From: Felis catus
Taxonomy: Eukaryota
DNA: 64,000 nt
Direction of reading: 5' to 3'
Assembly (NCBI RefSeq): GCF_018350175.1
Contig: NC_058368.1
Coordinates: forward strand, 148,926,001 to 148,990,000
A model generated the notes under the pieces. It ran no database searches. It saw only the letters and a list, made by a program, of their open reading frames with translations, and was not told the origin of the DNA. The translations under genes were made by a program, and so were the position numbers. Below, in pieces: positions 24,889 through 38,609 of this stretch. Numbering within the stretch: the stretch's first letter is position 1; every line of letters begins with the position of its first letter.

Positions 24889-27800
24889 ATTTATTATTTT
24901 AATTTTATTTAATTTAATTTTATTATATTTTATTTTTTAATTTATTTATTGTTTAATTTACATCCAAGTTAGTTAGCATATACTGCAACAATGATTTCAG
25001 GAGTAGATTCCTTAATGCCCCTTACCCATTTATCCCATTTCCACTCCACAAACCCTCTAGCAACCCTCTGTTCTCTGTAGTTAAGAGTGGTTTATTTTTT
25101 GTCCTCCTCCCTGTTTTTATATTATTTTTGCTTCCTTTTCCTTATGTTCATCTGTTTTATATCTTAAATTCCTCATATGAGTGAAGTCATATGGTATTTG
25201 TCTTTCTCTGATTAATTTCACTTGGATAATACCCTCCAATTTCATCCATGTAGTTGCAAATGGCAAGATTTCATTCTTTTTGATTGCCGAGTAATACTCC
25301 ATTATATATATATATGTATATATATGTGTATATATATATATATATATATACGTATATATATATATATGTATATATATGTATATATATATACATATATATA
25401 CATATATATACATATATATATGTACACCACATTCTTCTTTATCCATTCACACGTCAATAGGTATTTGGGTTCTTTCAATATTTTGGCTATTGTTGACAGT
25501 GCTGCTATAAACATTGGCATGCACGTATCTTCAAAACAGCACACCGGTATCCCTTGGATAGATACCAAGTAGTGCAATTGCTAGGTTGTAGAGTAGTTGT
25601 ATTTTTACTATTTTGAGGAACCTCCAAACAGTTTTCCAGAGTGGCTGCACCAGTTTTCATTCCCACCAACAATGCAAAAGAGATCCTTTTTCTCTTCATC
25701 CTCGCCAACACCTGTTGTTGCCTGCATTGTTAACATTAGCCATTCTGACAGGTGTAAAGTGGTATCTCATTGTGGTTTTGATTTGTACTTCCTTGATGAT
25801 GAGTGATGTTGAGCATTTTTCATGTGTCAGTTGACCATCTGGATGTCTTCTTTGGAAAAGTGTCTATTCATGTCTTTTACCCATTTCTTCACTGGATTAT
25901 TTGTTTTTGGATGTTGAGTTTCATCAGTTATTTATAGACTTTGGACACTAAACCTTTATCTGATATGTCATTTGCAAATATCTTTTCCTGTTCTGTCAGT
26001 TGCCTTTTAATTTTGCTGATTGTTTCCTTCACTGTGCAGAAGCTTTTTATTTTGATGAGGTCCCAGTAGCTCATTTTTGCTTTTGTTACCCTTGCATCCA
26101 GAGACATATTGAATAAAAAGTTGCTGTGGCCAAGGTCAAAGAGGTTTTTGCCTGATTTCTCCTCAAGGATTTTAATGGTTTCCTGTCTTACATTTAGGTC
26201 TTACATCCATTTTGAGTGTATTTTTGTGTATGGTGTAAGAAAGTGGTCCAGGTTCATTCTTCTGCATGTTGCTGTCCAGTTTTCCCAGCTCCACTTGCTG
26301 AAGAGACAGTCTTTATTCCATTGGATATTCTTTCCTGCTTTGTCAGATTAGTTGGCCATATGTTTGTAGGTCCGTTTCTGGGTTCTCTATTCTGTTCCAT
26401 TGATCTGAGTGTCTGTTCTTGTGCCAGTACCATACTGTCTTGATGATTACAGCTTTGTGGTATAGCTTGAAGTCTGGGATTGTGATGCCCCCTGCTTTGG
26501 TTTTCTTTTTCAAGATTGCTTTGGCTATTTGGGGTCTTTTCTGGTTCCATACAATTTTAGGATTATTTGTTCTAGCTCTGTGAAGAATGCTGGTGTTACT
26601 TTGATAGGGATTGCATTGAATACGTAGACTGCTTTGGGTAGTATTGGCATTTTAACAATATTTATTCTTCCTATCCAGGAGCATGGAATCTTTTTCCATT
26701 TTTTTTTTTTTGTCTTCTTCAATTTCTTTCATAAGCTTTCTATAGTTTTCAGTGTATAGATTTTTCACCTGTTTGGTTATGTTTATTCCTAGGTATTTTA
26801 TGCTTTTTGGTGCAATTTTAAATGGGATAGTTTCCTTGATTTCTCTTTTTGCTGCTTCATTATTGGTATATAGGAATGTAACCAATTTCTGTGCATTGAT
26901 TTTATATCCTGCGACTTTCCTGAATTCATGGATCAGTTCTGGAAGTTTTTTGGTGGAATCTTTTGGGTTTTCCGTATAGAGTATCAGGTCATCTGCGAAG
27001 AGAGAAAGTTTAACCTCCTTCTGGCTTATTTGGATGCCTTTTATTCCTTTGTACTGTATGTTTCCTGAGGCTAAGACTTCCAATATTATGTTGAATAACA
27101 GTGGCGAGAGTGGACATCCCTGTCGTGTTCCTGTCTTTAGTGGGAAAGCTCTCAGTTTCTCCCCATTGAAGATGATATTAGCAGTGGGTCTTTCATATAT
27201 GGCTTGTATGATCTTGAGGTATGATCCTTTATCCCTACTTTCTTGAGGGTTTTTATCAAGAAAGGATGCTGTATTTTGTCAAATGTTTCTCTACATCTAT
27301 TGAGAGGATCATATGGTTCTTGTCCTTTCTTTTATTGATGTGATATATCACATTGATTGTTTTGCAGATATTGAACCAGCCCCGCAACCCAGCTATAAAT
27401 CCCACTTGAATGTGGTGAATAATTCTTTTACTGTATTATTGGAACCAGTTGGCTAATATCTTGTTGAGCAGTTTTGTACCCATGTTCATCAGGGAAATTG
27501 GTCTATAGTTCTCCTTTTTGCTGGGGTCTCTGTCTGGTTTTGGAATCAAGGTAATGCTGGCTTCATAGAAAGAGTTTGGAAGTTTTCCTTCTATTTCTAT
27601 TTTTTGGAACAGCTTCCAGAGAATAGGTGTTAACTCTTCCTTAAATGTTTGGTAGAATTTCCCTGGAAAGCCATCCAACCCTGCACTCTTGTTTTTTGGC
27701 AGATTTTGGATTGCTAATTCGATTTATTTACTGGTTATGGGTCCGTTTAAATTTTCTATGTCTTCCTGTCTAAGTTTTGGTAGTTTATATTAGAAATTTG

Positions 27801-30605
27801 TCCATTTCTTCAAGATTGGCCATTTTATTGGCGTATAATTGCTCATAATATTCTCTTGTTACCGTTCGTATTTCTGCTGTGTTTGTTGTGATCTCTCCTC
27901 TTTCATTCTTGATTTTATTTATTTGGGTCCTTTCATTTTTCTTTTTGATAAAACTGGTGATCAATTTTGTTAATTCTTTAAAAGAACCAGCTCCTGGTTT
28001 CATTGATCTGCTGTATTGTTTTTTTGTTTTGATAGCATTGATTTCTGGTCTAATCTTTATTATTTCATCTTCTGCTGTTTTTGAATTTTATTTGCTCTTC
28101 TTTTTCCAACTCTTTGAGGTATAAGGTTAGGTTGTGTATCTGAGACCTTTCTACCTTCTTTAGGAAGGCCTGGATTGCTATAAACTTTCCTTTTATGACT
28201 GCCTTTGCTGCATCCCAGAGGTTTTGGGCCGTGGTGTTATCATTTCATTGGCTTCCATGTACTTTTTAATTTCCTCTTTAATTTCTTGGTTAGCCCATTC
28301 ATTCTTTAGTAGGATGTTCTTTAGTCTCCAAGTATTTGTTACCTTTCCAATTTTTTTCTTGTGGTTGATTTCTAGTGTCATAACGTTGTGTTCTAAAAAT
28401 ATCATGGTATGACCTCAATCTTTTTGTTCTTGTTGAGGACTGATTTTTGTCCCAGTTTGTGATATATTCTGGAGAATGTACCATGTACACTCAAGAATAA
28501 TGTGTATTCTGCTTCTTTAGGATGAAATGTTCTGAATATATCTGTTGAGTGCATCCCGTCCAGTGTGTCATTCAAAGCCTTGATGATTTTCTGTTTAGAT
28601 GACCGGTCCATTGCTGTAAGTAGGGTGTTGAAGTCCCCTACTATTATAGTATTATTATCAATGAGTTTCTTTATGTTTGTGATTAATTGATTTATATTTT
28701 TGGGTGCTGTCACATTTGGAACATAAATGTTTAAAATTGTTAGGTCTTCTTGGTGGATAGACCCCTTAATTATGATATAATGCCCTTATTCATACCCTGA
28801 TACTGTCTTTATTTTAAAATCTAGATTATCTGATATAAGTGTGGCTACTCCAGCTTTCTTTTGTCAACCATTAGCATAATAGATGGTTCCTCATCCCCTT
28901 AGTTTCAATCTGAAGGTAAAACTAAGGGGAGAGATGGTTCTCCAACACTTTAGTTTCAATCTTTAGAGCTTTAGGTATAAAATTGTTTCGTGTAAACAGC
29001 ACATAGATGGATCTTGTTTTCTTATCCATTCAGTTACCCTCTGTGTTTTGATTGGAGCTAGTTTAGACCATTAACATTTAAAGTGAGTACTAAAAGATAA
29101 GAATTTATTGCCATTATGTTGTCTGTAGTGGTGGAGTTTCTGGTAGTGTTCTCTGGTCCTTTCTAGTCTTTGTTGCTTCTGGTCTTTTGGTGTTTTGTTT
29201 TGTTACATCTATTACCCCCTCAGAGAGTCCTCCTTAAAATTTCTTGCAGGGCTGGTTTAGTGGTCAAGAACTCCTTTAATTTTTGTTTATCTGGGAATCT
29301 TTTTATCTCTCCTTCTATTTTGAATGATAGCCTTGTGGGATAAAGAATTCTTGGCTACATATTTTTTGCAATTCAGCACACTGAGTATATCCTGCCACTC
29401 CTTCATGGCCTGCCAAGTTTCTATGGACAGGTCTGCTGCAAACCTGATCTGCTTCCCTTGTAGGTTAACGACTTTTTTTCCCTTGCTGCTTTCATGATTC
29501 TTTCCTTGCCTGAATATTTTGTTAATTTGACTATGATATGCCTTGTTGATGGTCGGTTTTCGTTGAATCTAATGGGAGTCCCCCTGTGCTTCCTGGATTC
29601 AGATATCCGTTTCTTTCCACAGGTTAGCAAAGTTTTGCACTGTGATTTGTTCACATAAATTTTATGCCTCTTTTTCTCTCTGTTCATCCTCTGGGACCCC
29701 TATGATTCTGATGTTATTCCTTTTTAATGAGTCACTGAGTTCTCTAAATTTTATTTTGTGCTCTTTTGCCTTAGACTCCCTCTTTTTTTTCTGCTTTATT
29801 ATTCTCCATAAGTTTGTCCTCTATATTGCTGGTTTATTGCTCTGCCTCATCCATATTTGCTGCCATAGCATGCATTCGAGATTGCAACTTATAGCCTTTT
29901 TTATTTCATCCTGACTAGCTTTTACTTCTTTTACCTCCACAGAAAGAGATTCTAATCTATTTTCAACCCCAGCTAGTATTCTTATTATCATGATTCTAAA
30001 TTCTGGTTCAGACATCTTGCTTGCATCTGTGTTGCTTAAGACCCTGGCTGACGTTTCTTCCCATTCTTTCTTTTGGGGTGAGTTCCTCTGTTTTGTCATT
30101 TTGAAGGTAAAAAAGGTATCAATAAAGCAAAAATAACCTTAAAATTAAAAATAACACAAAGAAATCAAATAAAGGATGCTAGATCCTAGGTGTGTTTTGG
30201 TCTTGTTGTTGAAAGAAGCTTGATAGATTAGAGGAAAAAGGGAAAGGTAAGAAAAGAAAAGAAGGGAACAAGAAAAAAAGGGAAAAAAGGAAAACATTTG
30301 AAAATTTAAAAAATATGAATACAATAAGAGAATAAAATGCCATGATAAAGTAAAATAGAATTTTAAAATTTTACAAAAAATGTAACAAATATAGTAGAAA
30401 AATAAAGAAAATTCTTTTTAATACAAATGGGAAATAAAAATAAATGTTTTCTTTCTGTATTCAAGAATAAGAATAAGAAAAGAAAAAAAAGTTGAATAAA
30501 TGGACTAGCAAACAGAATTAATAGGATTAAAATGACATCTCATTTCCCATAGAAGTCAAGCTATGAAGCAGTTTATAGTTCGTTCATAAACTAAGCAGGA
30601 GGAGA
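24889..30605 (-). mobile_element. Felid-type L1 with decayed ORF1 and ORF2, truncated within the 5'UTR
   Basis: T-rich tail at 24889. RT motif [11 protein letters not shown] (ORF 26652-27083), EN peptide IIVGDFNT, ORF1 start MTKQRNSPQK at 30099. Similarity to the 54606 copy ends near 30605. Multiple stops and frameshifts. Confidence 0.97.
25303..25421. repeat. Interrupted (TA)n microsatellite inside the L1 ORF2 3' end
   Basis: About 120 bp of TA with TG/CA interruptions. Confidence 0.95.
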
Positions 30606-31673
30606 TACAGTTGCCTGTGTTTAAAAATCTATATTAGCAGTGTTTTTGTTTTGTTGTGCTTTTTTTTTTTTCATTTGCCTTTCATGTCCATTGGTCTTGA
30701 TGACAAGAATGTCACTATTCTAATTGTGGTTACACTTTTTCTCTCTGAAAGCTATTGAGACATATCATTTTGCATGACATTCATCAGTTTTATGCCAGCA
30801 TATCTGTTTTAAATGCATATGCATCCTGATCACAATTCCAAGTATACTTGCATTCTACAAACACTTGACATTCTTTAATTCTGGAACATTCTTTTCAATA
30901 TCTCCTAACATATTGTGTTTCTTTCATTCACTTCCTTATCTCATTTTATAATTCTTTTGGATACATGGTGGAACTTCTTAATCTATTTTCCATGTCTCTT
31001 AAAATATCTTTTCTGTCTTTCAACAGGAGATTCTGAATAAAATGCTCAATGTTATTAGCTTCTAATGCTAATTCCTCTTTGAGTCCAAGTAAAAGTTACT
31101 TCATCCATTTTACTTTCTTAAAATATTTGAATTATTTTTTCTTTTAAGCAAATAACCACTTGTTTTATTTTTACATTTGTTTGATTTCAAAATATCTTGT
31201 CTCTTTTGTATGAAAAGTTATGTCTCATTCATCATTTGAGCATCTTTATTAGGTAAATTACTGTAATCTGGAGAAAATCCTTGTTTTAATTATTAATTTT
31301 AGTGGTTATAATTCCAAAGACTAGATTTATTGATGTATTTTGGAATGTAGATTTTCATGCTCATTTAATTGGGGTGATAGTCTTACTGTTTGTCTGTTCT
31401 TTTTTTCCTCTCCCTGTGCACTCCTTTATCCTGATCTAGCTTTTTTTGCTTTCTACTACTTGAAACTTTAGTCATGTATACAAAACAGAACTTATAATGG
31501 TTTATGATATGTTTGCAGCAATATTGACTATGTGAATGATCCAGCTAAAAGTTTATCTCAATTCCTTTATGAGAGGATGTGTCTGTATCTTACTATCTTT
31601 CTAGATCTATAGTTTTTTTGAGAAACTGCAATTTCAAGATTTCAAGACTGGAAGTAATTGATTTTGTTCAATG

Positions 31674-31697
31674 GTTTCTTTCTTTCTTTCTTTCTTT

Positions 31698-31733
<36 letters not shown>

Positions 31734-31735
31734 TC
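31674..31735. repeat. (TTTC)n tetranucleotide repeat
   Basis: Directly visible. Confidence 0.95.
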
Positions 31736-33214
31736 ACTTTCATCGTTTTGACAGGAGTAGACACCACAGTTCCTTGATTTAAAAAGTCTGACTCAGCAAT
31801 CTTTTTTTCATGCCAACCACAGTCTCTCATTTACTTTGGAGGAAAGCACAGTCACTGCTATCTACTTCCAGATGAGGAACTCAGGCTCAGTTTCAGCTTC
31901 AGTTATAACTACAGGTGCTGCTATGATTTTTGTGCTGTACATGGTCCACAAAGATTTCTTTTTCCTGTTATTTTAGTCTGGCTAGAATTTTCAATTTTAT
32001 CCTTTTTAATTTTATTTATTGTTTCTATGTGTTTTGAGGAAGAGAAATTATTGGAACATAAGCTCACTATATTATCTTGCCCTGGAAATCAACATTAAAA
32101 AAAAAAACAACCTGCCAATTCATACATTTTTGAGGGTACATAACTTCCAAGAGAGAGGGGGAGAATCCTAAGTGAATGTTGTAATAGTCAGTTGGCAAAA
32201 AGTCAATTTGTTGGTGAGGTGAGCAGCAGATTTGTGGCCATTTTCTCAGCATGTGCTATAGGCCTGTGGTTTTGATAAAATGATGTTATGGTAATGGAAG
32301 AAAATAGATTCTGTTGGGTCCCACTAATCCCAGCTTTTAGTAGTATCTTATATTGCCTTGTTCATAATCTGATAATGGAAAAGTGAATAAATATTCTATG
32401 GAAATAAAATGTTTGAAAGATATACAACTTTTAGAGTAGTATTTGAAATTGAAGAAGAGCTAATTTACCAGATGGCACCATTATTTTCTCAAAGAGTTCA
32501 TTTGCCTCCAATGGATAATTCCTTTAACATTGGTTATTTCCACTCATTCTGATTAACAATACAGTTGAGACCTTTCTGCTTGACTGAACCATGTAAAAAA
32601 GAACCTTTTCTAAAATTCACAATGACTTTTATCATGAAGACCAGAGAAAGTGGTTTAATAATACAGAACTATTGCTATAATGATTTATATACTGGCATTT
32701 TCCTCTTTCCTTCTCTGGAGATATTTGTAATCCCCGAAGAACTTTCTGTTTGGGGGCGCTGAGGTTATAATATATGTCCATAAATATTCTATACAGCAAT
32801 TTTTGTTAAAGACTGAGAAAATGAGTAAGATATACCTTAAAAGTCTGGATTCTAGTGAAATGTCTGTCAGTCCAGCATGCAGCTGTGAAGTGTAATTTCA
32901 TTTAAAATATCTTGACAATCTTAGAGTGAATGATAAAATATCTTGTCATGAAAGTCAAATATTTTATTCCTCATAGTTTTATTCAGGATTTTATTGAATC
33001 TTAAAGTTCTTTATAATATACAATTCTTAATATTTTTGGTTTTCTGGGTTATCCACCTATAGCAAATAAGACACAGGAAATTATAAGGAAAGAGAATAAG
33101 GAAGGTGCTAAAGAGAAGGAACAATGGAAAAAGAAAAAAATATGACAGCTGCCAAAGGAGAACCATAGCAAAATGATAGAATAAAAACTATTATTCATTA
33201 AGAAAATATTCAGG

Positions 33215-34430
33215 ATGAGACACCACCTCACAACTGTCAAAATGTCTAAAATTAGCAACAAGATGCAACAGGTGTTTGCCAGTATGCGGAGAAAGGCAGA
33301 CCCACTCACACTCTTATTGGGAATGCAACCTGATGCAGCCACCCTAGAGAACAATATGGAGGTTCTGCACGAAACTAATAACCGAATTATCCTATGACCC
33401 AGCAATTGCACTATTAGGTATTTACCCAAAGGATATAAAAATATATATTCAAAGGGGTACATGCACCCCATGTTTATAGCAGCATTGACTACAATGGGCA
33501 AACTATGGAGAGAGCCCAAATGTCCATTGACTGATGAATGGATAAAGAAAATGTAGTGTATATATATGTGTGTGTGCATGTGTGACACATACACACATAC
33601 ACAATGAAATATTACTCATCCATCAAAAAGAATGAAATCTTGCCATTTGCAATGGGATAGATGGAGCTAGACTACACTATGGTAAGCGAAATAAGTCAGA
33701 GAAAGACAAATACTATGATTTCACTCATATGTGGAGTTTAAGAAACAAAACAGAAGGAAACAAACCACAAGAGACTTTTTAAAACATGTTTTAGTGTTTA
33801 TTTATTTTTGAGAGAAACAGAGACAGAGTGTGACTGGGAGAGGGGTAGAGAGAAAGGGAGACAGAATCCAGAGCAGGCTACAGGCTCTGAGCAAGCTGTC
33901 AGCACAGAGCCTGACAGAGGGCTCCAACCCACAAACTGCGAGATCATGACCTCAGTCGCAGTTGGGCGCTCAGCCAACTGAGCCAGCCAGGCACCCCATC
34001 TTTTTTTTTCAGAGAGAGAGAGAGAAAGAGCATGTAAGTGAGATAGAGGGAGAGACAGAAGGAGCGAGAGAGAATCCCAAAAATTCTTCATGCTGTCAGT
34101 GCAGAGCCTGATGCGGGGCTTGATATTACCATCAAAAGATCATGAGGGAGCCAGTGAGATCAAGAGTCAGAAGCTTAACTGACTGAGCCACCCAGGCACC
34201 ACACAAAAGACTCTTATGATACAGAACAAACTATGAGTTGACGGAGGGAGGTTGGTGGGAGAGGGGCTAGATGGGTGATGTGTACTAAGGAGGGCACTCA
34301 TTGTGATAAGCACTAGTTATTGTATGTAAGTGATGAATCACTGAATTCTACTCCTGAAACCAATACTGCCCTGTATCTCAACTAAAATTTAAATTTAAAA
34401 AAGGAAAATAAAATAAAAAAATAAAATAAA
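33215..34430 (+). mobile_element. Carnivore L1 3' fragment containing two nested antisense SINEs (33776-33997, 33999-34200)
   Basis: Begins atgagacaccacctcac; 3'UTR and A tail. The SINE pair is flanked by cacaagagact / cacaaaagact. Confidence 0.93.
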
Positions 34431-34478
34431 ATATTAGATTATATTTGGAAACTTCTATTAAAATAAATAGTAAAATAA

Positions 34479-34590
34479 GGACACCTGGCTGGCTCAATCA
34501 GTAGACCATTCGCCTCTTGATCTTGGGGTTGTAAGTTTGAGCCCCATGTTGGGTTATAAGAGACTACTTAAAGACAAAATCTTTAAAATA
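34479..34590 (+). mobile_element. Short, old-type CanSINE
   Basis: ggacacctggctggctcaatcagtag...gtttgagccccatgttggg. Confidence 0.85.
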
Positions 34591-34939
34591 GTAAAATAGA
34601 TAATGAAACCGAGAAAATTGTCACTGAAATGGAATATATTGAGAAAAAAATGTGCAGATTGTTACAGGATAAATTTTTAATCAGCATATCCCAACAGATA
34701 GGCCATGGCACATTAACATGGTATGGATATGTTACAAGAATGCTAACATTATCAACTGCTTAAAGTCCCGAGTAACACATAGCCAGTGGTAAAAGAACCT
34801 CAAAGCTCATTTTCTAAAGCCAAAACATCTTTGTCAATTTATCCCCTTGTACTTTGAAATGCAATATTGGAAGTACTGTTCTGGTTTATAACACATAAGG
34901 ACCAAAAATGCCCAGAAAGATAAAGGCATTAAGATTACT

Positions 34940-35046
34940 TAAACTGTAAACTCTTTGTTGGCAGAAATTTATGAATCCATGGTGTCCATACTTAGCAAGT
35001 GCCTCACCCATAGAAAGCATGCAATAAATTTTTGTGAATGAATGTT
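34940..35046 (+). mobile_element. L2 3' end
   Basis: cttagcaagtgcct...caataaatttttgtgaatgaatg. Confidence 0.6.
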
Positions 35047-35178
35047 AGCGACAGACAAAGACAACAAATATGGGGCAAACTGAGGTTTGAAGAATAGGAA
35101 CTGGTTAACTAGAAGAAAGGGAGAGGGTGAAATAATGGGCCATGACATAAGCAAAGTCATGGAAGAGGTTTATAGTAT

Positions 35179-35194
35179 ATACACGCACACACAC

Positions 35195-35260
<66 letters not shown>
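35179..35260. repeat. (CA)n(TA)n microsatellite
   Basis: Directly visible. Confidence 0.95.
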
Positions 35261-35264
<4 letters not shown>

Positions 35265-35627
35265 AGTAAGACTATGGGGAAATGTTGAAATTAAATGATA
35301 TTGGTATGTATATGTTTTAGTTAAAAATAATATATTAGTGTAATGAATCACTTCCAGATAAATGGGGAAAAAGTCAAATTTAGAGCAAAGTACAATAGAG
35401 TACCCTAACAGATAAAGTAATAGTATATTTGCTTTCATACATACTTGTTAAAATATTGTATAAAAAGCTAATATCCTACATAATTTCATTAAGTCCAATA
35501 TTAAAACAATGTTAAAGGGAACACAATAAAATCACTCCTTACACTGTAGATATTAAGGGGGAAAAAACTAGAAGAGTTAGATTTTTGAAATGTATTTACC
35601 AAAATTGACCAGAATCAGCTACTGCCA

Positions 35628-35813
35628 TATTTTTTAATTGTTCATTTATTTTTGAGAGAGAGAGCAGGAGTGAGGAAGGGGCAGGGAGAAAAGGTGACAG
35701 AGTATCCAAATTGGGCTCTGCTCTGACACCCAGTGCAGGGCTCAAACTCATAAACTCTGAGTCCATGACCTGAACCAGTCAGATGTTTAACCAACTGAGC
35801 CACCCATGCACCC
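35628..35813 (-). mobile_element. CanSINE, possibly inside a MER5-like hAT relic
   Basis: SINE body with TSD ctgccat. The right flank agagattcctagccctatccc is MER5-like. Confidence 0.88.
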
Positions 35814-35903
35814 CTGCCATTTTTTTAAAAATAGAGATTCCTAGCCCTATCCCTTGAGAATATGATTATGAGTGAAACCTAGTAATTGGTATATCTCACC
35901 AGG

Positions 35904-36058
35904 ACTTTCTGATGATAAGGTACCTTTGGTAAATAGATTTAATAAACAACTTCATAGGAGTGAAAGTTGAGATTAGTCATATTAGCACTAATCTCGACTT
36001 TCACTCCTATGAAGTTGTTTATTAAATCTATTTACCAAAGGTACCTTATCATCAGAAA

Positions 36059-36060
<2 letters not shown>
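35904..36060. repeat. Long inverted repeat: 74-bp arms, 73/74 complementary, 9-nt loop
   Basis: Arm 1 is 35904-35977, loop catattagc, arm 2 is 35987-36060. Checked base by base. Confidence 0.98.
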
Positions 36061-36111
<51 letters not shown>

Positions 36112-36126
36112 TATATGTGTATATAT
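36060..36126. repeat. (TA)n(CA)n microsatellite
   Basis: Directly visible; abuts the palindrome. Confidence 0.95.
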
Positions 36127-38004
36127 TCACAATAAATAATATTCTTCAGAACTGCTTTTGAGAAACATAAGGTATAGGGTGGAAGGCAATCTAGGTCAAC
36201 ACAACTATCATTTTATTTTTTATAGCCAATATTTGTGAGTGATTTTTATTATCAATCATTAACTCAAAACAAATATAAAATTCCAAGAACCTGTGTTCCT
36301 AGGCGACAACTTATTTAAACAAAAACATGAAACCTAGTATGAAAAAGATTCTTGGTCCATGCATTGGAAATCACCTTACATTTATATTTTATAAATTCCT
36401 TTATCCATACTGTTGTAGAAGAATCCTGAACTTGTGCACATGTGAATATTATGAACTTTTTTTCAGTACAAACTGACTTACCTCCCTGGTGGATTCATTA
36501 ACTTAAATACCCAACCCTGGTTGGCCCAGACAAATGATGTGCTGCTGATTTTGCTTACTATAGGTTATTTTGGTTTAATTCTGAAGTTGTTTTCACTATA
36601 ATAATATGTTTTGAAATCACTGAACCAGGAAGCTTTCAGTAATGAAAGGAAAATTAATTACTTGCAGGAAGCTATAAAAGTTTAAATTATTGAAAGAAAA
36701 TTAGAATATCATCTGTAGATAGACAATGAGAAATAGTTTTAATGATTATGTAGAATTTTCAAGAAATTTTTTGGTGCTAAAGGCTAATTACTTGTAAGCA
36801 GTACGGAATTTAAATTAGAACAACTTCCATACATCACAAAACAGTGACATTCTGAGGATTATTCGCCAAATGATTACTTCTGATATTTTTAAGAGAACAT
36901 GTACTTCATTTTGATGGCTTCCTTGAATTAAGTGTACTGACCTTAATCATACTGTTATCAACTTTTATGGGGCATGGCTTAAAGTTACTTGCTTTGTCTT
37001 TCCTGGATATTTATATTGTGTAATTGTGAGAATTATTAATGACGTTTTCAGTATGAGTAATTTGAGCTCTTAAAATCTAAAACTTTGAACCTTTAATTTT
37101 ACATTGTATTTCTGTTATTTGACATCAGTGAAAGAAAAATGAGGCTTTTGAAAAGAATTCATTATAAATATTTCTTCTTGTTACAGTTGGTCCATTTAAC
37201 TGTTTCAGCTATATCAAAGGACAAGCAAGAATTACACCATTTGTAGGATTTTTAAAGCCATAAAAGGTATTATGAGAAACTTTATCATTTTTCAGTAACT
37301 GAACTAGAACTACCGCAGACATTTAATATATCCAATAAAAGTGCGGATAAAATGAAAGCACTACCATAGTAATATATAACTAGAAACTAACATTTCAACG
37401 ACTTCTTCAAGTACTGAATATAACATCAATTGCAGAAAAACGGTCTTAACAGCTCATCAGGCAGCTAGAAAAGGGAAATTTCCAAAATAATTTTATACAT
37501 TATTCTCAGGTTATATCCATTAATAAAGTGGCAAGCCTTTCTCAGTGTAGAAAAGATTTAGAGACTGATTTATAAAAATAGGGTTATTTAGATTTCAACA
37601 ACTCAGAATCACCTTTTAGTATCTTTTTTTCTGAGAACATTCTGCAAAACCTACTGTTTTAAAGGACAGCTATCATTACAAATTTTAGGAATATGGGTAT
37701 GTAAATAATTTTGACTAATTATCCTATAACATTTTAGAAAGATTTTTCACTTTTTAAAAATAGTACAAATGATGAGAATTAAATTATCCAAAATTAGGGC
37801 AAATTTTGTATTATGATAAAATATATTTTTATGAATCATTAAATTTCAATTTCATATACCTAACATTGAATAATTATAATTGTTTTATAGTACATTACTG
37901 CCACCATTCATATTTTGTAGCAATAAGTATTTATTGTATTAGATTGTAGGGTTTCCCAACCAGAGTTTTGGAACTACCCTGAAACCTTAAATCAATCTCT
38001 TTCT

Positions 38005-38010
<6 letters not shown>

Positions 38011-38043
<33 letters not shown>
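38011..38043. repeat. (CA)n microsatellite
   Basis: Directly visible. Confidence 0.95.
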
Positions 38044-38047
<4 letters not shown>

Positions 38048-38609
38048 TCCACACTCTAAATCTTACGAGAATTGCCAAGGGAATTGCCAATCCTTCATTT
38101 GTGTTGAAGACTCACAAAACAAATGATGCTAACTAAAGAAATTTTCAATTTTGTCACAATAAAATACGCCCTCATTTTTTTGTTCCTCCACTACCAAATA
38201 AAAACTACAAGCAAAATTCACGCAAAGGATTTAAAGGTTGTGGAGGAAAAGGGAGATGGGGAGCAGTTTATCTATACATCTATAAATACACTTAAATAGC
38301 CTGTACTCTTTAAAACAAAACCATCAGGCAGTTGTATCATATAGGGATTGCCACGAATACAAAATGGCAGACATTTTATATGCCTTAAATCTTGAGTGAT
38401 GGTTACTACACAAACAATTCTCATTACCATCCTTTGTTTATCAAAAGTTTTTCTAGTGCTCTAGAACTTTGGTTTAATTCCACTTGGTATTTATTCTGAG
38501 AGTTGCTTTTTATGACTAGTTCTTCCATCCAGTGCTATCTCCTCTTGTAGCTAGGAATCTTTGAAGCGTAATGTCAAGTCCTTTCATGATTCCAGGGTTT
38601 GAAAGTAAT

